This document shows, piece by piece, positions 1-11,440 of a stretch of DNA of 64,000 bases. The notes beneath the pieces were generated by a model. That model was not told where the DNA came from. It did no database searches and saw only the letters and a program-made list of their open reading frames with translations. Within the stretch, counting starts at the first letter, position 1; the number at the start of each line of letters is the position of its first letter. The stretch comes from Vicugna vicugna (taxonomy: Eukaryota): positions 124,001-188,000 of the forward strand of contig MU060965.1 of the NCBI GenBank assembly GCA_013265495.1, given 5' to 3'. Made by a program: the position numbers and the translations under genes.

Positions 1-283
1 CTGAGCACCAGCCTGAGACGGCTGTCATTTCAGCGCACGTGCTCAGTTACTCAGGACAGAGACGCCGAGAATGTGGCGAGGAAGGAGTCTCCGTGGGTAA
101 ACCCTGACGTGTCGTTCAGGACGTGGTTCCCTGAACTGCTCGTCCGGGCTCTGCGAGCCTGGCGTTGTTTTTAAGCGCCAAGCGGAGGCAGGCCTGCTTG
201 TGTATGTCCGGGTCTGCTCAGCCCGGGAGGCAGAGCGCCCCGGCTGGGTGTGGCGCCCACGACAGGCGCCCTGGGGCTGAACT

Positions 284-547
284 GGTGAGGACCCTCCTTC
301 TGGCTTCCAGATGGCACCTTCTCACTGTGTCCTCTCGTGATCTTTCCCTGGTGCCTTTGTGCCCAGAGATGGGAGGAGGAGAGGTGGGAGGAGGGAGGGA
401 AGGGGGTGCGGCGAGCGACAGCTCTCTCTCTCTCCTCTCTCTTCTTGTAAGGCCGCCAGTCCTGTCAGATTCCCGCCCTCACGGTCTCATTTAATCTTAA
501 TTGCCTCCCCAAATATAAATTCAGGGGGACGCAGTTCAGCTCATGGC
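284..547 (-). mobile_element. MaLR LTR relic (MLT1A/B-like)
   Basis: Reverse complement starts gccatgagctgaactgcgtccccc and includes ccttacaagaagag and gccatctggaagccag, as recalled for MLT1 LTRs; boundaries approximate. Confidence 0.65.
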
Positions 548-2799
548 TGAAGTGCGCCATGGACGTAGGTGCTGCTTGGAGTGTGAATGTTCCGGCAGCT
601 AGAGGACGGCAGGAACGGCAGCCTGGAAGAGCGGCTGCGTTTGCTGACGGTTTCATCAAACAAACACGGAAGCAAATGCCCTGCGGAGCCTGGAAAGACT
701 GAGTGACGCTTGGTGCTCGGGCAGGACTGGGCAGTGGGTTTGGGTGATTGGACCGTTGTTGGTTTTGACGGACCGCAGGGCCCCTGCCGGGCCGGGCCAA
801 AGGCTGTGTGTGTTTCTGTATTTGCTGCTGCTCCTTCTGGAAGAGGCGGGTGGGAGGGTGGTGGTTAGTGCCAAGACGCGGTCCACACTGTTATTCTGGG
901 TTTTGTGTTACAACCTAAATCCACAGCGTCTGGCTCGCTGAGGGGACAGATGTCACGGTGTCTGCCACGTAACCGGATTGGACGGCGTGTCTGCTCCAGA
1001 GGCATCATGAGCCGCTTCCTCTAGTCAGTGGGGTTGGGTCTGGGGACTCCATGCTGTCGGGACGCCTCTGTGCACGGCGACCCCTTGCCTCTGGCAGCAG
1101 TGGAAAGTGGTGCTTGAAAACTGAACCTGGAGGGCTCGTGGGGTGACAAGGACGTGTCTCCTCTGCGGTAGCGGGCCCAGCACTGGTGGTTTGGGCTGTC
1201 GCCCACATCGGCTCCCAGGCCACCTGCTGCCTACCTCTCCGTCACAGCCTCGTTCTCTTCCATAAAAGTGTGCTTTTGCTGTTACGACCTGCTATTGGAA
1301 ATGGCCCTAAAGCGTCACACAGCGTACGGTCAGGTGCTCGGGGGGCCCGTGTAGATTCACCCTCTGGTGCTGGAGCCATCAGTGGTTGTGACACTGTCCG
1401 GGGGTCTCTCCCACCTCCCCACACGGTCCGGTCCGTGCAGACCGACGTCCTCCAGTCGAGGGATCTGCTTCCTGAGGACCTCAGGTTCACATCTGGGGGT
1501 GTGAGCTGATGTCGGCCTGGCATGCTGGTGGCCTCCCTCCCCGTGCCTGCTCCCGCGCACGGTGCCCTCGCGGCCCCTCCTGTGGCCCTCTGGGCTGCCT
1601 GAGAAGGAGGGGGCCGTCCTGGCCATCATGTGATCTCCCTCCTTCAGAGAAAAGAGGATTTCCTGCAGCCTATTTTCAGTAAAGGATTAGGGCCAATGAG
1701 GTTCCGCCATTGGAATGTCAACTAGAATTCTATGTGATTTTCTTTTTCCAAAAAGGTCTCAGACTGCCCACCAAAACATGAGTTTTCAAATCATGGAATT
1801 TTAGAGTTATTCCATGGAACAAAATCATTGGTGTGGAAGATACGTGATTTGAAGGGAAATCAGACCTACGTTTATCTGTCACTTGCAGGTAAAACGTGTG
1901 ACAGAGTATCTGAAAATGGCAGATGAATTATGTGCGTGTAGAATAGCTTAAATCGCCTTTTCTCCTTAGGAAGCGTGTGGAAGTAGTCGTTTGGACTCAC
2001 AGGTGTAGGTAAGCCATGGGGAGTTGGAAGATCGCCGTGAAGTACACACGTGCATGCATCTCAGCGTGGCGGTCAGCCTGACAGCAGCGTGTGTGTACGA
2101 AGCTGGGAGGGACCTTCAGGTGACGAGCACTCCTTCCAGGCCTCATTTCCGATGTTACTTAACTCATGTTGCCATTTTTCTGATGTAAACGGGGAATAAA
2201 ATGTGTAAGCTCTTGGCACTGGGGAACACGTGTGGGCAGACCTGGGCGGGTTCTCGGGAGGAAGGCGTGTGAGGCACCAGGTCCAAACTGGGTGCCCAGA
2301 GCTGATGGTCACCGGATGTTTACCGACGCGCTGTCCGCGCTGAGATGTCTGCGGGGACCACGGTGCACAGACAGCCCGGCCCCCCGGGACTGCGTTGTGG
2401 TGGTAGACGGCAAAGTCCACACATGGTGTGGCAGGTGTCAGGAAGGGCTGGGGACAGGAGGGGTGGGGGGCGGTGGCAGGAACCAGACCGTGGGAGAGAG
2501 AGGAGGGTTCCCGGTCCGGGAAGCTCAGGGCTGAGGGGTGGAGGGAGGGCACGGGGCCCGGGGCAGAGGCGGGAGGTGGCAGGATGCTGTGTCACACATT
2601 TTACTGAATGGGAGCTCGTGGCTGCCCTTCACTGCGTTGCCTGAAATATGGAATATGTTTTACCTGTTGCTTTTGATAAAGCTGTAAATTTGTTTTAAAG
2701 TTCTATGGCCGAATGAGGAAAATGTTACCTAGTCGGTAAATTAGGATGGTTTTAACATTATAAAGATGCACAGATTTCTTCAATGAATATACAGTGGGT

Positions 2800-2970
2800 T
2801 GGTTTGTGGGCATAAAACATACATAAAATTTACCATTTTGCCTGTTTTAAAGTGAGTGTATGTTTCAGTGGCTTCACATACATTCATGTTTTGTGCAGCC
2901 ATCACCACCATCAATTTCCAGAACTTTCCCACCTTCCCAAATAGAAACTGACTTATGGGCAATTTTAAGT
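2800..2970 (-). mobile_element. L1M 3' end fragment
   Basis: cataaaatttaccattttgcctgttttaaag...cagtggc...ttgtgcagccatcaccaccatc...ccagaactttc, typical antisense L1MB-type 3' UTR. Confidence 0.75.
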
Positions 2971-5900
2971 AGTTTATTCTATATTTGGTATTTGGTGTCT
3001 TGTTTGTTTTTTGTTGCTGGCTTTTTTTTTTTTTGAAACACATTTTTTTAACTCAACGAAAAAGACCTTATCAGGGTCATGGAAAGACTTACTGAAACGT
3101 AAGCACTAATTGCATTTTAAAATGGAAAAATGTATCCTGGCAGGAGGGGTCTTTTTTTTCCCTGTTTAATAATTGGTGACGTTAAGTTTTATTAAAATTT
3201 GAAGGCTTGACTGTGAGGGTTCGTCTGGGCTTCGTGTTTTGTTTAATATGTGCTTGCGGAGAGCAGCAGGAGCGTGATTTTTGTTCTAGAGAAGAAAGTC
3301 CGGTGTTTGCCTTAGAACAGGCAACTCTGTAATGAGGCAGAAATCATGGAAGTCTTGTCTGTTGGCAGTGCATTCACACGACAGCAGCTCGTGATGATAC
3401 GTTTGTTTAATGATGTTACAGAGCCACATGGCTTTCTCCTAAGCGCGTTGATAAGGAATGGAAATTGAAGCATTCTATAAAGTGAAGTTTTTGTCCAGAA
3501 ACTCCATTCTGCTGATTGACTGGTTTAGATAAGTTCTGTGCTTTCGGTTAATCTATAACATTTATTCTTTTACCACCTAAAAAATTACTCAGAAGTAGAT
3601 TAAACTTTAAACGTGAGGATTTTTTTTCTGTGCAGTTGTTGGTTCTGTGAGAAGCAATTTCCTGTCATTTCTACTCCAAGGTGACGTGAGAGCTGTTGGT
3701 TCTTAAGCTGAAATACGTCTTTGTTGGTTTCCTAAGTCGCTCTGTCACTTTTTAGAGAACAGCGCGGTTTCCAAAGCAACAAGTGCCTTTTTTATTGAGT
3801 AATTAGTTTATTAGCAGGAAACCCAGTTGTGCAGTTGGGTAATTATCTCTCCTGAGTAGTTCAGCTTGTGGAAAACCACAGGTGTAGCAGGAGGTGGCGA
3901 GATGCCCTGCTTGGCAGGCGGAAGGGGAGCGTTGAGGGTTCCTAGCTCCCCTCCCGGAGCCCCCTTGCAGTTTAAGTTCCTCAAAAGACAGGTTGGCGTT
4001 GGTTTGTGTCAGTCGTTACCCTCACGAATTCAGAGACCTTTTTAGGTCTGATGATGACGCCTTGTTGACGCAGTGGCTCCTGCCCCTGGCTGGGGGCGTG
4101 GCACTGGCTCTTTTCCTTTCCGGGCCCCACCTCCCACAGACGGTCCATGCACCTTCGGTCATTGTCTCAGTGGGTGGCTGGCCCACTTCCTGCCTGCCTG
4201 TCACCTGATTCAGGAGCACGAATTCCGCGTCTGCCTTACTTCGTGTTTGCTGTGGGCCTGGCCGAGAAAGGGCAGCCTGGTTGTGTCTCGACCTGCAGGC
4301 CGAGGGCCGGGCGGAGAAGCAGGCCCTCAGGGCTCAGGAGCCGGGCTGTGTGGGGACTCTGCTCTGTGCAGGCGCCCGTCCCCCAGCCCCTGGCCGTGCT
4401 TGGTCCCAGGGTCCCAGGTGTGCTTTCCTCGGCGGCTTTGCAGAGTCCAGGCTCAAGGTTACTTGAGGTTGGCATCTTGGGAGGTGGGATGCCGCCCTGA
4501 TGTGTGAGGTCAGATTTAACTCTCGGGTTGATGGGAACAGACCGAGAGGAGGCCATGTGGGCCCTCTCGTCTTTCTAAACACACCCTGGGGCCTCGGTGC
4601 CGACTCCGTTCTGGGGCGCAGATGAGGAAGGGCGGAGAGAAGCCCCAGTTCACCTCCCAAATCTGAGGCTCCTCGCCCCGGCCCAGCCGTGGGGGACGTG
4701 GTGCTGGACGGAGCTTCATGGTAAGAGCGGTCATGTGCCTCTTCACCTTTGCTTCTGAACGCTTAATGTATCCGGAGTGCTGCAGTGTGTTCCAAAAATA
4801 GTGCATTGGGTTTCTGCTTCCCGCACAGCCTGGCCAGTAGCTCCCCAGGAGAAGGCAGTGCAGCGTCCCCGCAGTCAAAGAGCAACCTGAGTCCCCTCCC
4901 ACTCTGCCCCCAGGCACGGATGAAATGCTCTGTCCGTGGTCCAGCTTACCTGGGGATTGAGGCGTGAGGGCTGGTTTCCTGCAGCCCTCCTGTCTAGGTG
5001 TGTCATTTAGACCCCAACTCATGGACGGGAGAGGGGGGCCACCAGCCCAGATGGCACAGCGGGGGGCAGAGGCTGGCCTGTCTCCAGGGCAGGTCATTCC
5101 CCTTCATTGTATGTCTCCCACGTACCCCTCAGTGGGAAGCCCAGCTGGATTCCATGGTGGTCTGTAAAGTGTGGGTGGGGAGAGAGAACGTTACTCGGGG
5201 AAAGGCCTGGCCAGGAGGCCTTCTTTATCCTTGGAAATGCTGCTGCCGATGAGCTTGTGGTCCCAGTCCCCACCAGCTCTTACCCTAGGCGCCCCCTTCC
5301 TGGACCAGCCTGCGCCCCAGCTGAGGCTAAAACCCCTCCGACGTGCGGCTCTGGTCCAGCCAGGCTGCACCCACCCCTGCCGGCTCTGGCGTCCCTGGGA
5401 CAGAATCGAAAAGAGGCAAAACTTGTGGAGCCGACCACGCACCCAGGAGGGGCTGGACGCTTCCAGAAGCGGGCGTTTTCCCGGCAGCCACCCCTGGAGC
5501 TCAGAGCGGGCGTTTGCTTGGATGTTGGAACGAGACACGTTGGGTCGCTGTGAGCAGAGGCCCGAACGTATGACGCAGGGAGCCTCGGTGGACCTGGGGT
5601 GGTGGTAGGCCTGTCCGCAGTGTCGCACGGCAGAGGCCAGGTCTCTGTGTGCGTCCCTGGGAAACGCTTCTCAACATCCCGGTGCTCACGGACCCGAGCA
5701 CCGTGCCGTTAGCCGTGCTGGAGCGGAAAGAGCCGTGGCCGCGTGGAGGCCGCGCCGTGTCTGGGTGCCTCTCAGATGCTCTCACGGGTTTTAATTCCCG
5801 TTAAGCCGCCCCTTCTGAGGCTGCCTTTGTTCAGGCAGGAGGAAAGGTTTGCCCCGCTTTGTTTGCGGGGAGATCGCCTTCTGGCCATTTACTCTTTTGC

Positions 5901-6562
5901 GGGCAGTACCTGTTGATAAGGATGAAGTGAAACCAGATACCGGCTTGGCTGCACCCAGCGAGGAAAGACAGGCAGGAGGGCGGCCGCAGTGGATGCCAGG
6001 CAGGTGGTGTGGGACCAGGAGGGCGCGGGAGCCCAGGGCTTCATGACACCCCGTCCCGCTCTGGGTGGGGGGCAGGGGGCTGGGGCTCCGCCCTCCTCCT
6101 CCCTCTCCCTCACTCCCCTTCTCCCCCTTTGGGAAGCCCGGCCTCCCCTGCTCTTCCCGCCCTCAGCCCTGATCTGTAGGGAACATCTCTGGGTTCCGGG
6201 AGCCCCCAGGAGCCTTCTCATCTCACCAGAGAAGATGCTTGTGGCCTGTGTTGGTCAACGTGGCTGGCACAGCCCCTCGGAGGATCCCCAGCCCCAGCCC
6301 TAAGCCACCGCAGGGGTCGGGTGACAGGAAGGAACGCGCAGGAGTGGGGCCAGCCTGGCCCCCCTGGGCCGCTCGGGGTCCAGCCCCACGCCCCGTGCTC
6401 GTCCTGTGCCTTCCTGTGACGCAACAGGCACCCTGTGCGGGAGGCTCTGACAGAGACGTGGACGAGCGTGAGGGCGAGACACTCCTGACCGCAGCGGGTG
6501 CGACACCCAGAGCTGTTTGTCCTGTAGTTTCTGACGGATTGATGAAGTAATTATGCAGCAGG

Positions 6563-6960
6563 GTTTTTTCACTGTAGTAATTTACCTTTGTAGCCATTTT
6601 ACGATGTGAAAAGCCAGGGGCACTAAGTACCTTCACGTTCCTGTGGACAGTCAGCCCCGTCCATCTTTGGAACTCTTCACCTGAAACCGGAACCCGACCC
6701 CGCGCCGCGCCAGCCCCAGGGGACCGCCGGTCTGTTTCTGTCCCTGACTGTGGCCGGTCTCAGTCCCTCGTATGCGTGGAGTCACCGGGACCCGCCGTTC
6801 TGTGGCCAGCGCCTTCCCCTCAGCGCGGTGTCCTCGAGGCCCGTCCCCTCGCAGCCTGTGCAGCAGCTTCCCTCCTTTCTAATGCCGAATAATTGTACGT
6901 GATTCCCTCGTTTTGTTTATCCGTTTGTTGTCAGCGGACACGAGTTGTTTGTGGCAGCGT
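6563..6960 (-). mobile_element. L1M 3' end fragment, GC-shifted
   Basis: tttacctttgtagccattttacg...cagtcagccccgtccatctttggaactcttc...ctgtttctgtccctg...ttccctcctttctaatgccgaataatt...ttttgtttatcc; collinear with L1MB 3' UTR as recalled. Confidence 0.65.
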
Positions 6961-9839
6961 CTTCATGGGTCCCGTACCTCCCACAGAGACCTCAGGGGGC
7001 CCAGAGTCCCCGGGGGAAGGCTGCTCCGGCTCGTCTCCAAGTCTGCTGCATCTGGGCCCCGGGGTCGCCGCTTCCTGCGGACCTGGCCCGCGTGTCCCCT
7101 CCGCAGCCCGGTGGGCGCCCCTCCTCCCGGCGGCTCTGCCCCACCTGCTCTTCCCCCCTTGCCCCAGATCTCTGTCTCTCTGGGAGTTCTTCACAGATGT
7201 GGCCTTGGTCTACATCCTTTCCGCATGGGCATCTGCTTTGCTGGTGTTAATTCGCACCGGGCGGTTGTGAACATCCCCAAGTCACTCCGGGTGGTGCCCC
7301 AGAGGTCCCGGGGCTGGGCCCTGCTCCTGGGACTCAGAGGGTGGGGGGGTGTGCTCTGCGGAATGGACTGCAGGATGGGAAGGCGTCCTCCTTAGAATGG
7401 CTGCTTGTTTCCCTCTGTTGACACTCACGTAGTCTGCATGGGAGGGGGGCCGGGTGTTCCCTGCAGCCTTGGGGCAGGAGGAGTCCAGGGGAGGCCCCTG
7501 AGCTCTCCTTTTGTCGCTGAACCCTGGGGAGAGCTGCAGAGCCAGGGGACAGCTGTGTTTCTGTTTTCTGTGCCAGTTCTGCCATGACCTGCCTGAATCC
7601 CCACAGTAAACGCTCTGCAGAGCCAACGAGGACGCTTCTGTGCCCGGCAGCCCTGCCTGAATCAGCACACAGCGAGGGGCCTGCCCGCCCACCCAGCTGT
7701 TTCCAGATCTCACGGGAAGAGGGCCCCGGGAGGTACCTCTCCACCGCACGTGCGATCCCGAGATCAGCCTGGTCTCCCCAACCACAACTCGGGGAGTTGG
7801 GGAGCCACCCCAGTGCCCGGACCCAGCCCTGCCTCCTGGGGCCGGAACACGTGCAGGGACCAGGCCCGTCTGGTGGTGGGGTGGACAGACGGTCACCCCA
7901 TCAGGGACCAGGGCCTGAATCCCCCACGGCTCACACCACGTGGTCAGTGTGCTGGAAGTGGTCCCGACGGTGGCTGGCCCCTTGTTGGGGAAGTGGGGCT
8001 CCGGTCTTCACAGGTCCAGTGTCAGTGCAGCTCCCAGCAGCCCCCGCCCATCAGGGCAGCCCGGCCCCTCTTCCGGACCCGCCCTCTCCTTCTGCTTCTC
8101 AGGAAGCCGCGTGGGTGATGAGGGTGAAACAGCAGGAACCGCGGCAGCTCGAAGGACCCGCGCCCCTTTCCTGCTCCCTGGGTCCGTGGACGAGCCGGCC
8201 CAGTGGTCAGGGGCCCCACACTTCGGTGGGGGGCTTGGGGTGAGTGGGGGCTCAGGTGTGTCTTGAGGACCAGAAGGTGGGATTTCCATGTGAAGGAGCG
8301 TCAGGAGCCGTGCAGAGTCTTCTCCTTGGGGAAGACACTTTTTCAAGTTACAAAAAACTGAGTAAACAATGCAAAGTAGGGCCTCAGTTATTTGGAATAA
8401 AAGCTGGTGAAATAGGTGTGTGCGCAGTTCACAGCTAGAACGGTAATTCTCCTCCTGAGTCACATCCAATTTTATTCCAGAAGGTTCGGCTCTCTCATTA
8501 CGCGGTGAGGTCGATCGTCGGCCAGGAAGAGAGTTTTAGAAAACTTCTCAAAACCAGACGTACGCGGGTCGGCGCTCCTGTGGTGAGCGCTGAGAGCTGG
8601 GCTGCGGGGCGTTGCAGACGCTCCTTTCTGTGTGTCCAGACGTCCCCGCGTGCCCAGGTGTTCCTGCGTGTTACAGGTGTCCCTGTGCTGCCGAACCGAC
8701 GACAGGCTTCAGGTTTCATTTGTTGATCCATCGGCAGCCTCTCTGCACTGCCTGTAACGGCAAACCTAATTCCCTGAATGTCGGATGACACTGAACTCAT
8801 TACACAACGATGGTAGGTGCACGCTATAAACTGCTAAAAAGCACGCGTGTGTGAAGAAGGCGTGTGGGCAGGGCCGTCCCCGCCCCGCTCCCCGCGTGGG
8901 GCTCTCTTGGCTTGTCCTCATTTCCGCCCTTTCTGTAAGGAGCGCTCGTGGCTGTGCAGCCCGACAAAGGGCGACAGCGACGTGAACGGCGAGGCTGTCG
9001 GGGTCCCTCTGGAAGCTCCACCCGCTTCACGGCTGTTTCCGCTGCTGCTGTTCGTCCTGCTTTTGCTTGTGCTGGTGACATTCCACTAGCCAGCTCAACC
9101 CAGGCTTTTCCAGGTGACAGTTTTGTAACTTTAGGCGTGGTCTGCACACATCTTCACCGAAAAGACAGCCTCAAGTGTCATTTGAAACTTCAGGGGCTGA
9201 GAGCTGCCCTTCTCGGAGCCCCACCTCCAGGCTGCGAGCTGGGCTGTGCCTCCCCCGTTTGGGTTCTGTAACGTCCCCGCGAGGCGGTTGTCGGGGCCAC
9301 TCCCTGGGTTTCGGGTTAGCACTTAGCAGTCCAGAGCTGGGTGGATCAAAGGCTCGCCTTCTAGAGCGGAATGTTAAGGGCCCAGGGAGGCTGAAAACTT
9401 TTGGCGCTGGTTTCACCGGAAAGGAAAGACGCTGTGTTGACCTCCTGAGCCTGGCTGATCACGCAGGCGGAGTTTGAGCGTCGTGGACCGTGTCCCAGCA
9501 GAGAGGCAGCAGGGCCCACGGGCCACGTGGCCTGAGTCTGTCCTCCTGATGTGGGCCAGGGAATTTTGTAATCATCTGTTCCAGGTGTTTAAACTTTCAA
9601 AGACACAATTTTAAAAAGCAGGTAAGTGTAAAAAGACTACCCTTTATTATTTTTTTAATATAATTTTCCGGTTTATTACTTTGTTTTGAAGCACAGTTAA
9701 AACCTAAGGGCTGTTAACGTGTGAGCAGGAGGAGTAGCCCTGTTTGTCTTTGCGGTCCCACCTCTGGAGTCACCTCGGCAAGCCGAGCTCCACCTGCTCC
9801 GCGACGCTCGGGTTGAAGTGCTCCCTTACTTCAGAATAG

Positions 9840-10200
9840 GTGTGAATGGGGTGCACCTTTAGGAATTGTACATCACTGTGTTGCACACCTGTGATCTGTG
9901 TAATACTGTACGGTAGCTATACTTTAATAAAATAAAACGTTCCCTGCAGCGTTGCTGACGAGAGCAAAGAGAGCAGATCAGCTCTCTGAGCAGGTGCACG
10001 ACTGAACATCCGTCCCGGGGACACCACGCAGACCTTCAGAAAGGGGGTGTGGATTTAGGCTTGCCGGTGCGGAAGGAAGCTTATACTGTGCTGAGGGGAA
10101 GGCGCATCGCAAAGTGGGCACGTGACGTGAGCTGTACTTAGTGTGGATTCACGTGAATACACGCGGAGGAGGAAGTGCGGGGAAGCACGGAAGGTGTCAG
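9840..10200 (+). mobile_element. Sense L1 3' end fragments (tail ending aataaaataaaa at ~9937, then an older L1M piece)
   Basis: tgttgcacacctgtgatctgtgtaatactgtacggtagctatactttaataaaataaaa resembles an L1 3' terminus; the downstream segment is less certain. Confidence 0.55.
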
Positions 10201-11239
10201 GCCGCGAGCGTCTCTGGCCGTCAGGGTGCAGGTCCCTGTTCCTGTCCTCTGTGTTTCTGCCTTGCGCCAGAAGGTTTATATTGATTACGTGTTACTGTTG
10301 TAGTCAAGAGAAAGAATAGAACTTTTACCATTAAAACAAATTTTTGCACAGCCCGGACGATCTTACTGTGATGACTGAGGAGCAGACTCCCGCGAAGGTG
10401 ACAGTGGTCCTGGCGGGTGGGTGGGCAAGCCCGAGGGCTCCCGGGACCCTCGTCAGCGTGCGCGGGCACTGCCCACTGTGCCTGGGGACCTGAAAAGGTC
10501 CAGGCAATCTGATGACGAGCCCCCCCCCGCCCCCAGAACAACCTGAACACACTGGAAACCACGTGAAGGAAGCGAGCAGAAGGCAGGGGCTTTGCAGCGA
10601 GTGTCGCACTGCTCGGGGCCAGGGCACCCCCTCCACCGCCCCAGCCCTGCTCGGGGCTGGGGCACCACGTCCCACAAGGTCAGGTTAGACTTGAAGTTAG
10701 AGACGGGAAGAGGGTGAGCTGGGAATGAGGGACTGGGCTGGGGCGTGGGGCTGACAAGCAGCAGAGGCGGTCAGGCTGAGAGCCGGGGCCCCTCCGCACC
10801 CCACGCCCCCGACGTCCCCAGGGCCGTGCTCCACGTTTAGATCCACATGAGCAGGAGGACAGCTGTGGGAGGTGAGGACCGAGCGTGGGACGCCAGGAGA
10901 GGCGGTGTGGGGCCAGGCTGGTGTCCCTCCATGTGTAGGGACGTTTGGGTCGCTTTAGTTCAGTCCTGGGACTGACCCAAAAGCCTAGAGAGCCTCCAGG
11001 CGGCTGACGCCTGTGTCCCGAGTCCCCTCCCCAGACAGCAGTGCCCGAGGGTGCAGGGTGGCCAGCCCCTGGCATCCCCGGACTCCTGGGAAACCACGGT
11101 TACGGGTGCCGCGTGGGGTGGCCAGACGCCTGCCACGGCCTGGGTGGTGGTCTACCGGTTTTCAGATAAGGAAGCTCAGAAGACTGGCCACACCCCCAGG
11201 CCACACGTCTGTTGTCACCCCTCAAGGAGCCAGGTCTGA

Positions 11240-11440
11240 GCGGGTTCCCCGACACCGGCAGGGGTCCCAGTCCTGAGTCAGTGCAGACCCCACCACAGGC
11301 CAGGGCGCTGCAGACACCGGGCTCGGGGCCACCTGCACCTCTGACCCCTCAGCTGCGCGTTCGGGGTTCCCACGGCGCCCTCAGTTCCAGCAACTTGCTA
11401 GAACAACTCCCAGAGCCCGTGGAAGCGCGGTCCGCACAAT
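11240..11440 (+). mobile_element. ERV LTR relic (MER21-like)
   Basis: gcagaccccac...acctgcacctctgacc...cggggttcccacgg...ttgctagaacaactcccagag collinear with MER21-type LTR as recalled; orientation tentative. Confidence 0.45.

Noticed and set aside
1225-1510. Possible further MLT1-type LTR fragment
   Set aside because: Similarity too weak to call by eye; needs RepeatMasker.
2445-2470. Canonical G-quadruplex motif (and many others, e.g. the C-rich tract near 25870-25950)
   Set aside because: Expected at high frequency in DNA of this G/C content; nothing singles these out.
4700-4730. ATG|GTAAGA, which could splice in phase 0 to exon 2 as an alternative first exon
   Set aside because: Weak Kozak context (ttcATG), no promoter evidence visible, and such donor-like words are expected by chance in 30 kb.
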